A stretch of 64,000 bases of DNA from Kondoa subrosea (taxonomy: Eukaryota). The notes under the pieces were generated by a model. The model was not told the origin of the DNA. It ran no database searches and saw only the letters and a list, made by a program, of their open reading frames with translations. Position numbers and translations under genes: made by a program. Below, piece by piece: positions 25,406 through 38,673 of this stretch. Numbering within the stretch: position 1 is the first letter of the stretch; the number at the start of each line of letters is the position of its first letter. The stretch is taken from assembly GCA_039545335.1 (NCBI GenBank), contig BCIN01000002.1:248001-312000 (forward strand), read 5' to 3'.

Positions 25406-26808
25406 TTACGAAGATGCAGGATACTTTCCTTGCGTATCAACAGCTTTGACAATCCCACTGCTGACCAATCGTTGAAACTCCTGATCCTTTTCTTTTCCCA
25501 GCTTTTTCGCTAATACTTTAGCTGTTTCTACCAACACTGGAGTACATTCTATATCTAGTCTTAGATCAGGTGAAGCTAGTGGATCTCCCCTTGAAGCGCC
25601 GACGTTGAGTAGACAGACGTTCTGATTCTTGTCCGCTATGCCTTTCACGAGTCTGTGAACTCCGTTCAGATGCCTTCACCCGCAGTAGAGGGCAAAACAT
25701 ACCTGTATGCCGAATACGTAGCCAAAGAACTTCCGACCACAAGTATCTGACTAGCGTTTTGAACTAATTCCGCACTGAGATCTTTCACTTCTTTGCTAAT
25801 GTTCTCTCCAAAGAATACAACTGATGGCTTGATGATGCCCGAGCCGCACGAAGGACATTCAGGAACTTTGAAGGTGTCATAAGATCTATTCCTTAGATCC
25901 ACGTCGCCTAACACAAGACCTCGATCAGTAAGAGTCCGAGAGCTTTTACAAGCGAAAAGACTTACCATCTGGATTCTGCCGTGGTTCTTTACCTGTCTCT
26001 TCCAGCGATTTAGCATATTCTGCCCATTCTGGATTGAGTTCCGATAATTGGTCTTGAAGCTCATTCCGATCATGTGTATGCTTGCAACCTGCTCTTCGTC
26101 TCAAATTGAAGCAGATGTGGAGAGACAGAACATACTGAGACATATTACGGTCTTGAGTGTCCCGTGCAGTTCTAAAATATCAGGCATCGAAGTCGGTGGA
26201 AAAGCTTTATGATGCAGCCTATCGACGTTCTGACTAATAAATTAGCCTTAAGAGACAGATGGAGAGCATGGACTTGCCTGGGTAATAAGATGTCGATAGA
26301 CGCCTAATCGATGCAGAGCTGCAATAGCGAAATGACTCTTGTTCGCTTCCGCTACTCGAACTGGTGGATAACCTAGATAACTTCTAGCCCAGTAACGTTG
26401 TCGAAAAGCTTCACTGATAGCCGGGGTAATGAGGCTAGATCGTGTTTGATTTAACGAAAGACGAACCTGGCTGTGAATCTTCAAGGGATAAGCAGAAGTA
26501 GGATTAAGGTGAAGAAGATTAGCTCACTCGTGAAAGAAGATGGGTCGATAGCTCTTATTGATTGTGTAACTCTACGACCTTGAAATCAGTATGACGATCC
26601 GATTAGCATTTGAGCAATAACACACTCCATATTGACCTCTGTACGCTCGAATGCCGGAGTCTACAGATATACCAGCACCCGTGAGGACTAGCGTGCGGCC
26701 ATCGCCTTGCAACAGAAAGGTAGAGAGTCTTTCGATCGCTTCAAGCAACACAACAGGTGGAGCCGAAGAGAGAGAAGAAGACGGTATCTGGGGCATTGAG
26801 ATTCTCAT
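25406..26808 (-). CDS. Class II (SIRT4-like) NAD-dependent sirtuin
   Basis: LTGAGISVDSGIRAYRG, RQRYWARSYLG, TQNVDRLHHKA, ELHGT, CPSCG, KPSVVFFGE, VGSSL. Confidence 0.9.
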
Positions 26809-27093
26809 GATGGATGCCTTGCGTCGCGCTGCGGAGGCGGCGACAATATATACAAAGAAAAGCAAACGCAACTTGCTTGACCTGCATCAATCACTGGGAA
26901 ATTTGCACAAAATCTTGATTGTCTCGTTTCACTGCTTGCAAGACCTCATTCGGCTCCTGATCTATCCTATTATTTCATCTTTTCTCTGTCAAAATTCCTC
27001 TGTTCAAGAAAAAGTTGCCGTTTTTCGCTTGGAGTTGTTCTTGTCAAAAGCTCTCTCCATCTCTAGAAGCACAGCAGCACTTGGCTGTTCAGG

Positions 27094-30000
27094 ATGAAGA
27101 GGGCACTCAACAGTGATAACCCTTTTGGTCTTGCTGCAACATACAAGCCGCAGCCTCAAACTTATCCAGCTCCTCCAAGTGGTTCTTCTCCGAGTGCCTA
27201 CGGTTTGCCTTTGCCTGAAGGTCAACCGCCTAATTTCAATCAACCTCCTCCTCCCCCAACGGATGCTTCATCAATATCTATGTCTGCTCCGAGCACGCCT
27301 GCTCAAGCAAATGCACCAGACCCTTGGCGCAATTATGGATGTGCGCTTTTCTTCATTTCCTTTTGCATTTGAGCTTGCATATTTATTTCACTGTGTTTCT
27401 TCTTTTCTCTTTTTGACTTTATGCAGATGGAAACCAGATGCAAAGACCTGCTTCAGCTCATGCGGGTTATCAACCTTCCGCTCCGGGTGTTTACTCTCCT
27501 TCAACTTCTTCTGGTCCTTCTCAAACTCCCTCTTATAACCCTCAACCGGGTCAAGCTAACTCAGGAATGCCACCTCCGCCTCCTCCTTCTTCAATGCCAG
27601 GACAATTTAGTCAAGGAAATTCTATGCCTGGCCAATTCGCTCAAGGCAATCCGCGCTATGGTATGCCTCAACACATGCCACCTCCCCCGCCACCTCCTCA
27701 TATGCAGAATCGACAAGGTTCAGCGCCATTTTACCCACCACCTCCTCCAGGTCAATTCAACAATCCAGGAATGATGCCAAATTATGGATCTTTTCCACCT
27801 CCTCCACCGCTTGGCTATCAAGGTAACAATCAAGAAATGCATCCAGCAAAGAAAGCTCGACTCAATGGCCCGCCAATGCAACATATAGGACCACCTCCTG
27901 CTGCTTTACCTTATGTTCTTCCAGCTCGAGGTCCACCTAATAACCAGAACTTCAACAACCGACCTCCTCCTTTGAATATGCCTCCTCCTCCACCGCCTAT
28001 GAATTTCTCTGGTTCACCACCTCCTTCTTCCAATGGATTGAACAGAAGTCAAAACAGTCCACCTTTATCTTCTAGACCTTTAAGCGCCAGTTTACCTCCT
28101 CCTTCTATTCCTTTACCACCTAAACCTGTTATGGATGTCAACAGACCAAATCGGGGTGTATACGAAAGGAAGAATCCTCAATCACCTAACAATAACAATA
28201 ATAATGGTCGTCAAAATGGTCCATCTCAACAAGGAGGAGGAGGAGGTCGATATAGAGATGGAAGAGGTAGAAATGATGGATTACCTAGGAACGGAAATCA
28301 AAGGAATTCAAATAACGGTGGAGGTGGAAGAAGAGATCGAAACAATAATGATAGAAGAGGTGCAACCAATACTACTAACGCTAGAAGAAATCGAACTTGG
28401 GGTGCTGGTGCTTCAAAGAATGGTGGAAGTGGTAGTATGAATGGTGGAGGAGATGAAAGGCAAGGTAGTCCTTTCAATGAAAGAAAAGGAGCAGGAGGAG
28501 AAAAGTTGAAAGAGCAGAGAAAAACGTTGACTGATTTCAGAATCGTTGGTCTAGAAATCAGAGAATTGGAATGGAGTTGGAAAGCAGACCCACACCATGA
28601 ACATGATCAAGCAGAACAAAAGATTCGAGAAATTAAAGCGGAAACTGGCGATATGTCCCTAGATAGCATTCGACCAGAAACGCTGGATCAAGTCAAGGAA
28701 GAACCTTCTGCTGAAAAGGAGGAAGAAGACGACAAGCCAGTGGACCCAGAAGTATCAGCTCCGGAGAAGATCGACACTTCGGAAGTAGCTGAACTTTCGA
28801 CCGAACAACCGAGAACTGAGTCGACTAATAAGCATGCTCGAGACGAAGACGATGATGAAGATACTCGCTTGGAAGTTGAAGGCAAAGGCAAAAAGATTCG
28901 CTCAGAACTTGATCCCGGTCCCTCTTCAGCTCTTCTCGAACCTCAAGTCGTTCTACCCTCCGCCTCGCCAGTATCCGTCTTTGACGATGCTGCATCACTC
29001 AAGAATCAAGAATCTACTTTGCATCTCCCGCCTGCTAACAGAGAGAATTCTCGTCTACGCATTTATTTCTGTGCCCCTATTTCTGACAACACGGAAGCCA
29101 TGACTCATTTGCAAAAAGCTGTCTCGAAGACCTCCATATCATCTGCTGATCTTAACGTCCCTGTTCCGGCTCTTGATTCGACTGAAGATACTCACGCCAA
29201 AGTGGAACCATCGGAAGACGCCAACGAAATCTTGCCACGAATCGAAGATATTATCGCTGCTGTGAATGCTAGCAAGACCGAAGATCATGACGAAGAAACG
29301 GAAGACGCGGATGTCCTCGGTTCTTTGACCGCCAAATTACAGGATACAGCGGCGACAGCAGACGAAGATAAGCCTGCTGCCGCGGATCTTCAACAGGATC
29401 AAGGACCTGGAGATCAATCCACACCTGACCGCATCTCTATCTCATATGCTCGCAATTCTCGACGTCTGATCCTGGACTCGACCATTGTTTCAGAAATCAA
29501 AATCTTCCGTCGAGAAGGAAGAATAGAGTTACTTGTCGAGGTTTCTCCAGCTTCCACAGCTACTGTTGTAGACGATCTCAGAATTTGCAAAGGCTTGCTG
29601 GTCTGTGTCTTTGCCGTCTGACGTAAATACATCCTTATGAACTAAAGCAGGTCGAAGCTTTCGATCCTCAGACCGACGATTACTACATTGTGGACCGTGC
29701 AGCTATCGAGGAAGGCTGGGACACGTCAGACGAGCAAGAAAAGGCTGATAGCATTCCTTTACTTCCACCTTTGCACCGATTAGCCTCGTTAAAGACCGCT
29801 GAAGAAGGCTCAACAAGTCCGGCCTCGCAAATGGTTACGATTGTGGCATACTTGGATACAGAGAATCCGCTCACCGAGGCAAGATGGGTGAGGTCAGGGG
29901 AATCCGATGCCTGGAGTATCGTGCCAGTGCCAACAGCCAAGGGTGGCATGACTACAGCCGAGTCCGGCTGGTTTGGCAAGATACATGTGGCTGATCCAGA

Positions 30001-30526
30001 TCCCGTATGCAATTCGTTTCGATTTTTTCGTCCTAATCTGACAGTATGCTAGACAACAACATTTGACGAAGTTGCTCATCATTGGGTCGAGCAACGAGGC
30101 GACGTATCTCAAGACTCGCTGAACAAGTTCATCAGTTCGCAATTCACAGACCTGAATAACATCATCGAAATCTTCCTCTTTGTTGTCCGAATGGGCGAGA
30201 ACTCAGTTGGTCGAACACCTCCAGCTCGCAGTAATGCTGAGCTCAGGCAAGATAATATCAGCCGCGCGGTTCTTCTTGGCGCCCCTGCGCCGCTCCAGCA
30301 GACCTCCCTATCGCTTACTGCTTTCCAGGTCTTCAAATTTGCTCTGGATATGGCAACAAAAGCTGGTTTGTCGACCGAAGAGACCGTCTCTCGATTGAGA
30401 GATATCATGAGACAACTTCCACCACAAACATTCTATAAAGCCTTGGATGCTCAATTCACTCTTTGGCTTCAAGATCAGGAAGGAGAAGTCGCGGACAAGT
30501 TGAACGGATCGGCATCGAGTCTTTGA
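27094..30526 (+). CDS. Pro/Asn/Gly/Arg-rich low-complexity protein with a folded C-terminal region, function unknown
   Basis: 727-aa exon with PPPP, NNN and RG tracts; globular blocks ENSRLRIYF, DRISISYARNSRRLILD, LTEARWVRSG. Confidence 0.75.
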
Positions 30527-30792
30527 CTGGATTAGGGACGGTTTGGCTAAATAGCAGACATGTAATAGAGAGGAACCACCCAAAGATAATCTTCAACTCC
30601 TTCTCTTACATATGTAGTGATCCTATTCTGTCCTCCGATATGCTGAGGCCTTGCTGATTTTCCGGAGCAAAGTGTCAGTCAAAATATACAAATGGAAGCA
30701 CAGATTGACAAGTTGATGCCAGACATTGAGCGCGCAAGGTCAGCGTTTCTTTGTCTGCATGAGGATCAGCTCGATTCTCGATATACACTGTT

Positions 30793-33595
30793 TCACTCTT
30801 CAACATAATCTGAATCGTCTAGGGCGTTTGAGAAGCATGGACATGATCAGACACGACAACAGCAACTGAAAGCCTTCAGCATACCTGGATACAATAATCG
30901 TGACACCTCCAGCAAGACCCGGAAGCAATAGCTTGAACCCATCACATCAGCATGTTTAGTTCTAGCAGAATCCATAGCTACTTACCTAGCCATGTCCGCC
31001 CTTCTCCACTTTGGCTTTGTGTCAGAGCTATTAAGCAAAGGTATCCGAAAGCACGTACGTTCTGTATAGCCCAGTCTTTGCCGTTCGAAGCGATGAGCTT
31101 GGCCAAATGATCGTGAGCTCCTTGGCCATCAGGTGTGCCTTCAAAGAAAGCCATGATATCATAAAGGTCAGAGTAGTCACTATTAGAAAGTCAACTCGCG
31201 ATCCCGAAATTAATCGAAGTCCGTACACTTTGACCGGAACTTGAATTGTCACAAATAAGCAAATGCAAGAGTCAGTGATCAGATTATAGCTTGCCGTAAT
31301 GCCACCACGGTATTACTTTCGAGCAGCAAATTAGTCAATCTGGCTTCATTGGAAAGCCCTTGCTCACATCTTTGCGCATACCACTCGGGAAACACGGTGG
31401 ACTATTGAATCAATTATAAAGAGGCGTCAATGAAGAAAAAGGATCGCCGGTGTTCACCTTCAGCACTAAGCTGTTGCTCCATAGAAGTCTATGGAAACGC
31501 CCTGACCATCTGATGGCTGCTTCAGCTTCCATAGAAGTTCAACTGTTCGAGCTCACCCGTTTCCATCCACATCCATCATGTATCTATACAAGTGAAGATA
31601 CTTCAGGCACAAAGGAATCAATTGAAGACGTTCTGGACCTACTTATATCGAAAAGAGGCGTCAAGCCCTTGCGTGTCTGCGAAAGCAATCTCCTTCTTCA
31701 TGAGCTTGCAAGTTACGGGATCGCATTGAGCAGGTTGCCCAGAGAACGAGGTATCCATATATCGCTCATTCAGTTCAGAGGCACTATACTCGACGAGCTT
31801 GCCATTATCGTTAGCGTCAGTTGTCAGTATCCTTCGCGTTCCATCTAATACGCTTTGCCGATCAGCAAAGCAGAAAGGTGGCTGCCAGAATCAGCTTACT
31901 TGTTTCTTTAGTCATAAAATGCAACCTCGCTCTCTGTGATTGACGCCAGGCGTATCCTTGCTTGAAATGCGCGCCAGTAGTGCTTCCTCGCCAAAGCAGC
32001 TTTGCTATGCTCTTATCTTCCCATTTCGGATCGAATCCTTCATCTAGCACAAGTATGTAAGTGTCCGACAAAGAGCGCATAGGAGGCACTTACAATAGTC
32101 CCAATACTGCTCGAGCGGGGTGACGAGCAGGTCTGAATGAGTCTTCATCTTTGCAAAGGTGTAGAGAGGTATAAGAGGAGTGAGTTCCGTCTCGTTTGTG
32201 CTGGTGTAACCATGAAGTTCCCGAATCTCAGGATGTTGGCAAAGATCATTTGACTTGTCTGCGTCCCAGACGAACGATTTCTTCCCTTGCTGTTTTTCTA
32301 GTTCTGGATTCCGTTCACCCAATTCCGATCTTCGCAAAGCTGAATTTGGAGGACATGCCAGTGCAAAAGTACTGAGTGATGTGTCGGTGTGATCTATGTA
32401 GTCAGATGGCCCGAAATCTGTTTCATAAAATTGAGTATGGACGAATCTACAGCAAAACAAGTAGCCTACATTCGCCTTCAAGAGCTACCTCTGTCATGCG
32501 AGATCTTAGTTCACTTGGTAAGGCTATTGCCGGCCGATCATCGATGGTGAAGGTCATTGTCAGATTGTGCGGAAGATAAGGAGCGAATGATTCGATCAGG
32601 CTGGCCATTTCGTCTGCTCGTGAAATATTCTGGTATGATCCGCCAATATTGACAGAAGTAGTAGTAGGGTCAATATGTAAGTTGAAAGTCAGATCGCGCT
32701 CCTGCAGAACCGTGTAGCGATGTTTAAAGTCCGCAGGATCGAGAGCCGCGAAAGGCAAGATATCGTGATTGATCTGATCATATTCATCCACTAGCTTGAC
32801 GTCGTTCTCCTTGGCGAAAGCCCACCTTTTATCGAGAAGCTTTAGCATATGTAAGATTTCATGGAGCAGAACTGACCACTTCTCGAACCCTGCAGGTGGA
32901 TTTCGTCTATACCTCCTTCTATACTCTTTGGAAGCCTCAGCCAAATTTTTGCTCTGTCTCGCTACCAGAGTCTCCCAATCCTTCTTGCCCTTCTCTATTA
33001 ATGTCAAGATTGGGTGCTTTTGTCCTTCCTCTGCCATCATGAGGCCGTTGTTATGCATGGATTGTTCATGACGGGGAGCCAAACCAGGAATATTGACTTT
33101 AGGCAAGTGATGTCGATCGTGCTGTCTGTACAGAGGATCATTCTTCTTGATTTTCAAACCAGGGCCAGGCTGATCTGAATGTTGCGCGTGCAAAGGATCG
33201 CGTAAGGCTCTTTCCGCTTTTTCATGAGCAATGCGAGCTTTGAGGACAGGATCCATAGGTGGATTTAGGATTAGGTATGCGACAAGAACAAGAAAAGACA
33301 AGACTGAAAGAGAGAAGAAACCCTTGATAGATCGGAACCATCGAGGGAAGAGAATATTTGGAAGATGTTTGATAATGTCTAGAGCTCGTGTTGTCCAATT
33401 TGAAGAAGGACTTCCACTCTTGAGCGATAAACTGACATTGCGTCCATGTTTGCGGCCAAACGGCTTGATCCTCAGTGAAGAGGTCGAGCGTTTCGTGCTG
33501 ATCCGAGGAGGTGAGTCGGGCGAGTCAGCTCTAGCACTCACCGCGAAGACATCGGTACTTTGAGTCGCGACGTGTTGTCTTCGAAAGAAGGCCAT
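30793..33595 (-). CDS. Glycosyltransferase family 90 (CAP10/CXT1-like xylosyltransferase)
   Basis: Type II TM anchor; [42 protein letters not shown] motifs. Confidence 0.88.
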
Positions 33596-33843
33596 GGACG
33601 CGCTAGGGAGAAGGATATCTGAGTATATTACGCCTGCAAAGCGTCTGACATGCGTGATATTGCAGTAATTGGATGTAACTGAGAAAGAATGGGAAATTCT
33701 CAATTGCGCGAATTCGGAGTCAGGCTTCGGTGGCCGCCTCGCCTTCAGGACAGGAAGTTACTTCATTGGCAGACAAGCAATGCAGTTTCAAAGATGATTA
33801 TACAAGTGAAATAATATGCTATGCAGGAATGACGTTCAATGCT

Positions 33844-36832
33844 TCAATCGATATGCAAATACGTACAAGCTTCTCCTTTGCGACAACGACCTTTTGCGTA
33901 GAATGTACACAGTTCGACTTTGTGAGGTGACTCGTAATTGTCCCATTTCGGTTTCTTCTTCGTATGCACTTCATTGTATTCTTTGCTTGAGGCACCCCAG
34001 GATCTCTTGCCTAGCTGTTCGGACCGAGTTGGATCTGATGGACGAGCTTCTTGGATGAAATGCTGGTGGGTACTTGGCGCTGGTTCAGGCAAAGGTGAAA
34101 GGACGGGAGTAGTTGAAGCCTTGCATTCCATATGAATTTATCGACGATAGGATGAGTAGAAAGGATCGCCTACTTGTGAAGTGGGAGGATACAAGGATCC
34201 AGCATTGGAAATGGTGGAAAGCAGGTCATTCAAACTGCTTGCGCTAGGTATTGGTGGCACAGGAGGGGCAAAAGAAGTCGTAGGTAAAAGCTGAGCAAGT
34301 AATTGCTGAATCTTTGGGTCCTCAGCCAACATAGCTGGATTCGCAATCTGATGAACATGATCAAGTGCCATCTTGAATTCTGAATCATTCATCAAATCCG
34401 GTCCGAGCTCCATAACTAAACTCTTGCTCTCTTCTTGAGGCACATATAGCGGCTCATCTGGTGAGGGAGGCATAGAATAGATATCTTCGTAAATGACAGG
34501 AGCAGTTTTGGCTTCTCTTTCTTGTTGAATTTCAGCTTCGGTCTTTGGGCGTGCTTCAGTTAGAAAATCGGAGCGTGGGTAGATTCTCTGCAATAGGTCC
34601 TCTTCGCTCAATGTTTGCAGCAGTTCTGTAAGTAGAGACATTTAGTAGCAATCGACTTCGCGTAAGTGGAAAATCACCTTCTGGTTCGTTCCATTGCATC
34701 TCTTCCTTGATAGAAGCTGAGTGGAGAGTAGCACCCTCGTCATGATTCATTGAAGCCAAATCAACATGGTTGTCATCCTGTATCACCTTATTCAGTAAAT
34801 TGTGTCAAAAGCGAGATATCGGGAAGCAAACACACATGTGCAATATCATCAACGCCCTCAATATTCGGAGCTCGGTCGATCCAGCACACATCTTCCAAGA
34901 CCTCATCCGCGACCCATTTCACACGCAGGTTTTTCCTCTTCTTAGCACCTTTGATGCCACCCGATGCACCGACGGAAGTGGACAAGGAAGAAGTCTTAGT
35001 CGTTCCGTTCTCATATGCAGGTACAGGAGCAGCAGGTTTCTGAAAAATCTTCATAGCTTCCATAAAAGCACCTGCTACTGCAGCAGAAGGTGCACTTGTC
35101 CCTCCAGCAGTAGCAGTAACATTATTCACCCCTCCTCCTTCTACTTTCGCGACTTTACCAATCTTTGACATGGCAGATAGATTGGGCCCTTTCTTGAGTA
35201 TTGCAGATACATCAGGTTTCACATCTTCTTTTTTCGCCGGATCAACCTTTTGCTTCTTTCTAGCGTCTGTCATGTCATTGTTCCTCAGCAACGATCCTGA
35301 TATGTCGTGACATCACGCACCTTCAGTAGTGGGAGTTCCAGCTCTCTTCTTGCTACCTTCCTCGACTTTGACTTTGACCAAAGGTTTCTTTTCCTCTTGA
35401 GCTTTCTTAGCAGCTTCTTTGGCATCATCTGCTTTCTTTCGAGCCTCGAGCATCTTGCGCCAGTCTTGTTGGAGTTTTGTAGCTATTTCTACAGCGTCTG
35501 GTAATTCGCATGCATATACATGAGTTGCGTCAAAAAGGAAGAAGAAGAAGAAGAAAACTAACCCTTGGGATATTTGCTCGAATGAGCACTAAGACGTTGA
35601 CACACTCGACCCAGACTTGTACTGCGAAGAAGATCGATCGTGATTGGCAATTTCGCGGTAATCTGTACAACAGAGACAAGCCAAAGTCAGCAATTCTGTT
35701 CTAGCGCAAAGACGTTCATACAGCGTGTGCTCTCTCTCTCTCTCACACACAGAGATTTGGGGATAGAAAAAGGGCAAATATGTTCAGGAAACGATTTATG
35801 GTAATGTTATGCCCAAATTCGCTCTGTCTCTTCAGAGTAAAGAAATTACATTTACCTTAAGGAGAGGCGAGATAGTAGCAACCAAATCTGGTTCTGGTTC
35901 TATCCTAATTTCTTTTGCTTTGCCTTTAGCAATCCCATTACTATTTGTTGTAGCTCTTGGAGCGATAGCGTAAACAGCATCATTGACCCAAAGATCGATG
36001 ATAGCCAAACCAGCAGCTGACTTATGTTCAATCCAAGCAGACCAGAAATCATTCGAAGCACGTTTGAGTAGAGTTTCAGCAATTTCCAATCGAGCGGAAG
36101 CAGGAATAGCAGTTGCTGGATCTTCCAGTGACCCGAAAGCAGACAAAAGATCGACTAGCTTGCCTGTAGTTGCTCTTGGTGCTTTGGCCATCAATGTCGG
36201 ATCCATGTTCTGCTTGACTTCGGAAGCAACACGAAGCCAAGCAGCAGAAACGACTGGAGGTGTAGAAGATCGAGATGTACCAGGAGCGGGAGAAGCACGG
36301 CGCACTTGCGCTGATGGAGCTGCTCTAGCTGCTGGTTTGAGCATCATAACGGATGGATCAATGTAATTTTGTTGCTGAGGCGAGGCTGTTGTGGTTTTGA
36401 GGTAAGGATCAGGTTTAGATGCATGACTTAGTTTAGCTGGATTGACATAGACTTGTTGCGTTTGCTGTTGAGGCGCGGCTGACGATACAGTAGGCGACTT
36501 TGGAGTACCTGCAGCCAATCTGTTGCGAACGTAGTCGACCAATAATTGACCTGCAGGAATAGGCGAGGTTGTGAGTTGGCCATTAAGCCACTCTCTGAAG
36601 GGTTGATTGGCAACAAAATTAGTGTCCCATTCTGTCTTGACCAGGCTAGCAAGCAATCTGTCGAGACAAGCGACGAAATCCCAATCAGCTTCAACATTCT
36701 CGGCAAAACATCAAGCCGAAAATTCCAATCTTTGTGACAAAGTCTCGTTATATGTATTGCGCGAGACAGAGAAATCTGTGACAGGACGGCATCTAGGCTA
36801 GTATGTAAAACAGTGACTCACGGGTGATCCAT
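33844..36832 (-). CDS. PNUTS/PPP1R10 (Ppn1)-like PP1 regulatory subunit
   Basis: Helical segment resembling a TFIIS N-terminal domain (GLAIIDLWV...LLK), basic RVxW motif KRKNLRVKW, C-terminal CCCH finger CTFYAKGRCRKGEACTYLH. Confidence 0.7.
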
Positions 36833-38673
36833 AGCGAGGCAGAAAAGTGCCGTAAAAGTGGCGATCGCTGTTTTGAAACCTGCGAAAGCACAACGTGAGT
36901 TTGGAGGTGAAGCGTCTCTAGGAGACAAGTAGACACCTTTTAGACGTGAAGGCAAGCAAGACTTGATTCGAGCCCAAATACAAATTTCCCCTTTGAAGCA
37001 ATCGTTCTTCCAAGCAATCTCTGGCTCGAGACACCCTTATGAAGCTCGATTGCGCGGCAAGCAACACGATCACAGGTGATTCCCCGTCTTTTAATGAGGC
37101 CCTGAGTCAACCCTGCTCGCTTCCCCAAACTCAGTTATTGGCGGGTCAAAGCAGGCTTATACGCTGCTCCGACTACGCGTGGGCGGGTCTCAAGATAGTC
37201 TATAGGCTACAGATAGCCGCTGCAAAGAAGTCGAGGTATTGGTATGGAAGCAAGCCTTGAAACCAGCAAATCGCTGCTTTTGAAACCGCTTCGGATGTTG
37301 TTCCCAATCCGTTCCGTGTCTGTTGTTTGCATGCTGCAATCTCCCAATGCGTGCTGCATGCTTTGCGAGTATTCCGAGCTGCCCCAGTCCTGTATCTTGT
37401 CATATATCCGTTGTGCTACAAAGTGGTCAGCAATTTACCTGCTCGCTTCACGCTATGCTCTGTCCACCATCTTTTCATACACTCAATGTCTCTTTGCCTC
37501 GACTCTGATGGCAGCAGCCTTAGCTGACGTGGATCCGCCTGGCAAACGTACAACAGAAACAGGGCATTGCTTGCTTTCCTTCCGCTGTGATTACCGACAT
37601 AGCTTTCGATTTGCTCTGGATATCTCTACCTCTCCTTCTTACTCATGATTCATGCAGTGACTTCCAGTATATCCGGATGTTGCCATCGGATGCAAGTATA
37701 GTCTGCCCCTATCGGTAATGCTTTGACTTGCAACATCATACCACACCTCAAGACAGCTCTGACAACACAGTCTGCTAGAATAGATCATTGTCTCATCACT
37801 GTGAACAGGCGAGACATATATCGAGCTCAAGCTATACGTAGCTTTCTATGGTCAGCTCTCTTTGAACTCTATCTCTGCTTCCGAGAGGCATGTCTACATT
37901 TTCTGTGAGCGAAAGTTTCTTTGCGAAGCAGTCCAAGCTTGTTGTCATGGTAGATTGATGCAGCAAATTCTTTACTTCGGTCTGCCCTTCTCGCAAGTGG
38001 CAAACGTATGATGCCAAGCCCAGCTAGCTGGATTGAAGCTATAGTCACCACGATCGGGTATAAGAAATCAAAAATGATTGACTACAGCTGTGCTTTATTT
38101 CAGAATCATTTCTCTGAAAAGAGTATAACACATTTTCTTTTCCAAGGAGGTGTTACACCTCATGCCTTCACTTTGCGTTTCTTCCCCTTTTCATGTCAGA
38201 AAGTGTACAAAAATGGGTTACGAAGTTTGAATTTGTAAGGCCAGATTAGGCTAAGTTTCACCTTAGAGACCTTTTTTCGACCGAAAAAACGGATCGCCCT
38301 TACGCCACCCTTACCCGGATAAGTCGGTTCAATCCGTTTTGAACCTCGCCTTGAAGAAAAATCTTCACTCCTTTTCCGTTTCAACCACTTTTTCTTAAAG
38401 TCATTACAACTTCAACAATTCCAAACCCAAAGTAAGTCTTCAAGTCTTGTCATGCCTTATAATTTCAACAACATCAAACACTTTTGCCTTTCTCTGTTCG
38501 TCGCTTTTGCGCAATCTTTGCAAATGCCTTGCAGCGCTTACAGGTTCCTCTGCCATCCCTTTTTTCTGTGTTTCACTCGACAACATCTACCCACACTCAT
38601 TCCTCCTTCTCCTTCTCGTTTGCGTGTGAAGACTTGATACTAATGATATTGCTGTAGACAGAACATATCAAAG

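Noticed and set aside
35664..35855. Long intron with a GTGTG-(GA)n-CACAC hairpin as a possible intronic snoRNA
   Set aside because: No convincing C/D or H/ACA box arrangement or rRNA guide visible; simple microsatellite
38325..38335. B-box-like GGTTCAATCC as a second split tRNA
   Set aside because: No T stem, anticodon arm or A box could be reconstructed nearby
36940..38384. Many short ORFs in the PNUTS-HMG intergenic region
   Set aside because: No coherent exon chain or protein motifs could be built
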